A stretch of DNA of 64,000 bases from Chlorokybus atmophyticus (Eukaryota; Plantae; Mesostigma and Chlorokybus algae): NCBI GenBank assembly GCA_009103225.1, contig RHPI01000273.1:1-64000 (forward strand). The letters are read 5' to 3'. Below are positions 58,484 to 64,000 of this stretch, one piece after another (position 1 is the first letter of the stretch; the number at the start of each line of letters is the position of its first letter). A program made the translations under genes and the position numbers. The notes under the pieces were generated by a model. The model searched no databases. It was given only the letters and a program-made list of their open reading frames with translations, and was not told where the DNA came from.

Positions 58484-61269
58484 ATGCTGGGCTACGTGTT
58501 CCGGCAAGGAACGCCGCGTGCTACGACCGTCGAATCAGCCCAGGTTGGTCTGGTGTACTGTGTGCTGTTGGCTACCAGATGGCCAGTGCACATCAAACAG
58601 CGGAGCACAGTTTGAATTCAGCTGACCTGGAGACGGCCATGTTTCCTTTGCTTGACAAGTCGTCTTCCTTGCTTCGGGCACTGTGCTGTGGTCTTCCTGT
58701 CAATGCTCGTGCGGAGAGACGGCATTGCTCCGCTTGTTGTTATTATGGCTGTCGTTGACACAACTTGAGCAATTGCGTGCCTGTCCTGTTATTGTGTCCT
58801 GCTAGTTCACGACTGGACGCCAGAAGTCTTACAGCTCAGGACGACCTCAAAATAAATAACCATATCGACGAGTCTTGACTGTCACAATCATGGAGGGGTT
58901 GATAGCACAGGTGCATTGCAAGTTGCAGATATTGTGTCATCTGACAATTGTGGTTGTAAATAGACGCCGAGCGCCGAACTCTGTGCTTAGTCGTGGTCGC
59001 AAATTGAACGGTTTATCCATTGCGTGGAAAGTGGAATGTACACAACCTTGGCTGCAAGTGGTGCATTTGTAATGGCTCAGGTGGCTGCGGAGGTGGGGGA
59101 CGGGCTGTGCGGGGGTGAGCCTGTGGTGGTGACCGACAAGGACGTGCCACGCAACCCTGTTGTGCTGGTGCCGGGCATCGGCGGCAGCGTCCTCAATGTG
59201 CGCGACAACGCCGGCAAGGCCGCCGACGAGCGCGTGTGGGTGCGTCTGTGGGAAGCCGACCGCGAGTTCCAGCGCAAACTTTGGTCCAAATTCAACCCTG
59301 ACACAAGTATGATAGGGTTGACTAAGCTTTCACGGCAACTCTCGAACATGTACACATAAGTAACATGTCTTGGACACCCATCATTGCATATTCTGAGGGT
59401 GCTCAGTGCGCACATTCGTTGTTGCAGGTGAGGTTGAGTCCATTGACTCGACCAGCCATGTAGTTGTCCCTGACGACCGCTTCGGCCTGGCAGCCATTGA
59501 CATTCTTGATCCTGACCTGGTAAGGAGCTTGACTAGCGATAAGAAAGGTGACCTGGCAATCTGCTGTGTGCTTCATGTGTTCATTTGACGGCGGTTTGCT
59601 TGCGCAGCGCCTTCGCGTTGACGACTTGTACTACTTTCGTGACATCATTACCTTGCTAACAGCATGGTGCGTTATGGCAAAGTGGCATCTGTAATAACCA
59701 TGTAGTAACCATCTCAAGCGCACATGTACACGCATCCAACATGTTTGGCGTGCAGGGGCTATGTGGAAGGGACAACGCTGTTTGGGTTTGGCTTCGATTT
59801 CAGGCAAAGCAACCGGTAAGGTTGCTCGTTGTCAATTGCGATTGCAGTTAACAGCATATCACACATCCACGAACTAAGGCTTGGCGTGCAGGTTGGAGAG
59901 GCACATGGAGGCGTTCAAAGAGAGGCTAAAGCTTGCATACGACAGTGCCGGCGGACGCAAAGTTGACGTTATCTCACATTCTATGGGAGGGCTGCTGCTC
60001 AAGTGCTTCATGGCTCTGCGGCCGCAGGTACGTTATGTGCGAGTGATGCCTTGAACGTCTTCGTCTACGACCTGCTTACCCACCCTACACTGCTGCTCTC
60101 TTACAGGAGTTCCAACAGTATGTGGGCACCTGGGTCGCAATTACAGCACCCTTCCAGGGCGCTCCAGGCTACATTGTGGATGCACTGCTGACGGGAGTGC
60201 AGTTCACGGATGGTTGGAAGCGCGAGCTGTTTGTTAGCAAATGGACTGTGCATCAACTGGTATTGCCCCAGCCGAACCAACAGTGTCGTCTTTGCTTGCA
60301 CACGTCTAATCACAAAGTTTGGTCATCAGGTTGTGGAGATGCCGTCCATACATGAGATGCGAGCATCGCCGTTCTTCGAATGGAACGAGCTCCCCACACT
60401 TAATGTATGGAGACAGCCAGTGGGCGACAACGCTGTGGCTGTGCTCGAGTCTTACCCTCCCACCTCGCTTGATGCAGTCTTGACAGAGGCTCTGAAGGGC
60501 AACTCGGTACGCTCGCCACCAACAGCACGCGCCTCGGTATATTCGTGGACGGCTGGCATTGCATTGAAACGGCATGTGCTTGACACACGTGGGGGTTGAC
60601 TCGAGCCTTGTGCCAGGTTAAGGTGGATAAGCAGACCGTGCCGCTCCCGTTGAACCCGAAGCTTGTAGATTGGGCCAATGAAACGCAGCGCATACTCAAG
60701 GATGTACAGCTGCCGGAGGGCGTTGATTTCTATAACATCTATGGCGTTGGGTATCCTACACCGTTCCATGTGTGGTGGGTACTTGCATGCAGTTCATTGC
60801 ACACATTCAACATGTAAGAGCTTGATATATATTGAACCTTGTCCGCAGTTATGGCTCAGAGAAGACACCCCTGAAAGAGGCATCAGACATGCTTACGCAG
60901 GCGGTACGTTGCTACTGCACCTCTTTCTGCACGATGATGTTCTCTCCAACAGTTTTGCACACAACATTCACAATCACCTCCACACAGGCCACATATGTGA
61001 ACCACGACGGGGACGGCACTGTGCCTGCAGAGTCCGCTCGCGCGGATGGGTTGGAAGCCATACAGCGGTTTCCCGTTGTTGCGGAGCACCGCGGGGTACT
61101 TCGTAGTCCCGAGACGTTTGCCATTCTGCGCCAGGTGCTGCACGTCCCCGAAGACGCGCCCTCGCTTATCCCCGCCCTCCCGCCCGGCGTGTGCGAGGCC
61201 ATGCGGCTCGCGAGCGGGATAGCTGCTGTTGCTTACAGCAATGCCACGCATGCCGCCAAAGCTAATTGA
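58484..61269 (+). CDS. LCAT3/LCAT4-like phospholipase A (alpha/beta hydrolase)
   Basis: PVVLVPGIGGSVL, ERVWVR, GLAAIDILDPD, YYFRDII, LFGFGFDFRQSN, ISHSMGG, APFQGAPG, FYNIYG..YPTPF, DGDGTVP..SA.ADG, AEHRG. About 11 GT-AG exons; the ATG at 58484 is inferred. Confidence 0.88.
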
Positions 61270-61630
61270 TATTGGTGTTCATCTTTCTGTACAATCTCGC
61301 TCTTCTCTACTGGCTGTATATACGACTTAGTGACAGGTTAGGGTTATTTTTCTGCTAGCACGGTTTGCTTCAGAGTTGCTTCAGGTTTGCTTCAATGTCT
61401 TTGTACTATAATGGGACAAAAGTTGCTGGCATGATCAGCTACGCGTGTTCAGCTTCCAGTCGTGGCACATCAAGTACACCTTGGACAGATACGTAATGAA
61501 CTTCCAGAGTTTTGGCAGGGTATTGTTCCTAGTCTAACCTCCTGAAGCTATGTTTGACTAGCTAGCATGAGCAGGGTGCATGCACACTACACTACAGCTC
61601 GTGTGGGCAGATGATTGTGTGCATGCATGT

Positions 61631-61682
61631 CTAACGGGTTCAGGGTGACAGTAAAGCTAACGGGTTCAGGGTGACAGTAAAG
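61631..61682 (+). repeat. 26-bp perfect tandem duplication
   Basis: CTAACGGGTTCAGGGTGACAGTAAAG occurs twice in tandem. Confidence 0.95.
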
Positions 61683-64000
61683 GTAAATAACTAAGTATAT
61701 ATAGCCTGGTGATGGTGGTGTTGATGACTGAGTTTGTGCTAGTTGTCATTGCGTGTGTCGTGCATGTTTCACGCCTTCTTGCAGAAGGTAAAAGGCATAC
61801 CTTATGCAATATCAAAGTATGCAGTGTACGACTGCATACTTTGTACACTATACCGCCAAGGCCACATGCACGCAAAAGGCTATGTTGCTCACAAGATCAA
61901 GAGCCCTTTTGATGACTTGTTACATGTGCAAATGGTTGATCAGCAGCAAGTGCAACACACCATCCCACCATTGCTTGTGCAGACTTGGCAGGACCCGTTG
62001 GTGGGGTGGTGCTACAACAACAACACACTTGGACGTGGCTTAACAAGTCAGCGATGATAGCCTCGATCTCAGCTGAGCAGCAAAATGCTGTGTGACGTGC
62101 ATCATGTGCATGCATGTCACAACGCAAGCAACCATTTGTGCAAACATCTCTTACACATGTTGTGACATGTCATCACATAGCTAAATCGGACGGGTTGCAG
62201 CTGTTGCTGGAATGTGGGGGAATGTGTTGGCCCAAAGCCATTGCCCTTTTACCAGCTTGTGTGGACAGCATCACCCCAGGGGTGCACGTCTGTACCAAGT
62301 CATAAAAAGAAGCGTACGCCAGCCAGGCATTATGCAATCATAAGCAAAGACATGGTGACGGTACTCTCAGCTCATGCTCAGTCTTTGCACACACATAACC
62401 TACTGTCAACTGGCATGTGGTTAACAGCTTGCAAATATCAGTCAACAGCGAGATGGCCGGCGTAGACACGAAATCACGGTGTGTAGGAATGTGCGTGTGT
62501 GAGAGAGACAAAGAGAGACCGAGATCTCGTGATGATCGAAGACGGTTTGCAATACTGTGAGCAATAGGATGTGCGTTATGAGCGTGCGCGCATTCGCATG
62601 TTGAAGAGTCATGTGGTGCGCTAAGACAGCCCGTACTGATCTGGTGGCTAGGCTATTGCTGGCTGCGGTCGTAGGTAGTAACCTCTTGATGCACCCCGAA
62701 CAAAATGCGATTATCATTGCGCATGCTTCATAGGGACAGAGGCCTCAGCATAATTGAATGGTTATGGAACGTTTTATATTACAATGATGTAAAGCGTATG
62801 AAGATGGCATAGGTAGGGCACCTTCCTTATTGAACACGTGCGAATTTGCGCCACCGTGTCACACATGCGCATGTTAAGCCACGGTAAAAGTGAGGATAGA
62901 CGGGATGTAATGTTGGAAGGAAAACATTTGCAAGCAAAAAAATGTAGAGATGATTGCAGTTTGCATGCATCGTAGTAAAAAGTGCGTAACATACTGTATG
63001 CGTCACATACACCATGGTCAATGTCACTCTTAATAAAAAATGCCTTGGTCGTCATGGATGATCTAAACTTAGCTGTGATAAGGACATGCTTTAAAACTTG
63101 GTTAATTGCAAATGCCGCATATGTCACAAGCCACGAAGCAGTTTTACTCAACTTTACCGCGGTATTTGCGATAGGCGGTTTCTCAACGCGCCGAGATACC
63201 ACTGCTCACTGAATTGCAATTTAGCAAAGGGACTCATCGTTGAATAGCCATCGGCATTTATGTTGTGTATTAGCTACATTATCACTCAAACCAAGCAATT
63301 AAAGCATATAAAGGAGGTCTTTTAATTGTATAGAATATTGAGCTTCATTATGAGTACCATATATTAATCATGAGACACCATAAAAATTGCATATCATACA
63401 TTTTATTCCAATTAGGTATTAGCTGTGTGGAGCATGGTACAAAATCAATGCAATAATAATCGCTGTTGTATGATCAATACAATGTCTCTAACACGCTACG
63501 GATGAATGTTTACATGTACAAAATGCGATTACCGCGTTCATATTACCCATATTGCACGGACTGAGGTGTTCGAGGGTTGGCCTAACAACTGCGGCAGGCT
63601 AGCGATTCGGTATTTTCGGCAGCCTCGCATGCTACCAATCAGATTGTTACCTATGCCCCTGTCTTTCGGATGGTGTTGAAGATGGACGTATTACTAATAG
63701 ATCAGTTGAGGTATAATGAGGTTGTGGCTCATATTGTCATTGTCAATTAACTAGAACCGCACGGTGTGCTCACGGTGAGTACATATATTGGCCTGTTGTG
63801 CAGGTGTTACGAGTATTGACATTGTCGTATGCTGCAGATGCGTCTCAACACGGCAAAGTTCAGCGCCACATTGCATGAGTGGCGTATAAAACTTGCTGCT
63901 ATCGAACTTGTGGTGGTGATTGTGCACCTTATATGTATGTAGCTGATGTATTCCAATGATTGCTAATGTGTATGTATCATTCATGCGTTGTGACAAAACA

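Noticed and set aside
61700-64000. Short ORFs after the LCAT gene
   Set aside because: No recognisable motifs or consistent exon chain; treated as intergenic.

Overview
Eukaryotic genomic DNA, most likely a green plant-lineage (streptophyte-type) alga. This is inferred from short GT-AG introns with CA-rich tracts and from plant-type PAA1, LCAT3/4 and GT61 genes. The first ~49.7 kb is a nest of transposable elements. It holds a DUF6729-type DDE transposase gene (-), a decayed Plavaka transposase (+), a 16.5 kb Ty3/gypsy element (18315-34835, 4-bp TSD) carrying a DNMT3-like methyltransferase and a PHD finger, a Ty1/copia element nested in that gypsy, an antisense solo LTR nested in that copia, an old gag remnant, and an Academ-type (XPG + Cys8) transposase. 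The last ~14 kb holds three ordinary host genes: a GT61 glycosyltransferase, the chloroplast Cu-ATPase PAA1 and an LCAT3/4-like phospholipase. Two observations stand out. (1) Two diverged copies of a spliced gene encode a Cys/His-rich domain, a Tudor domain and a phage/bacterial-type C5 cytosine methyltransferase. One lies beside the Plavaka transposase, the other beside the Academ transposase, and both share a phase-1 intron inside the Tudor domain. (2) The gypsy element lacks conventional LTRs and instead has split direct repeats (A-body-B-gc-A-B) with an internal CA-gc-TG end-to-end junction and a non-tRNA-like primer site. All family assignments come from motif recognition by eye; no database searches were run.
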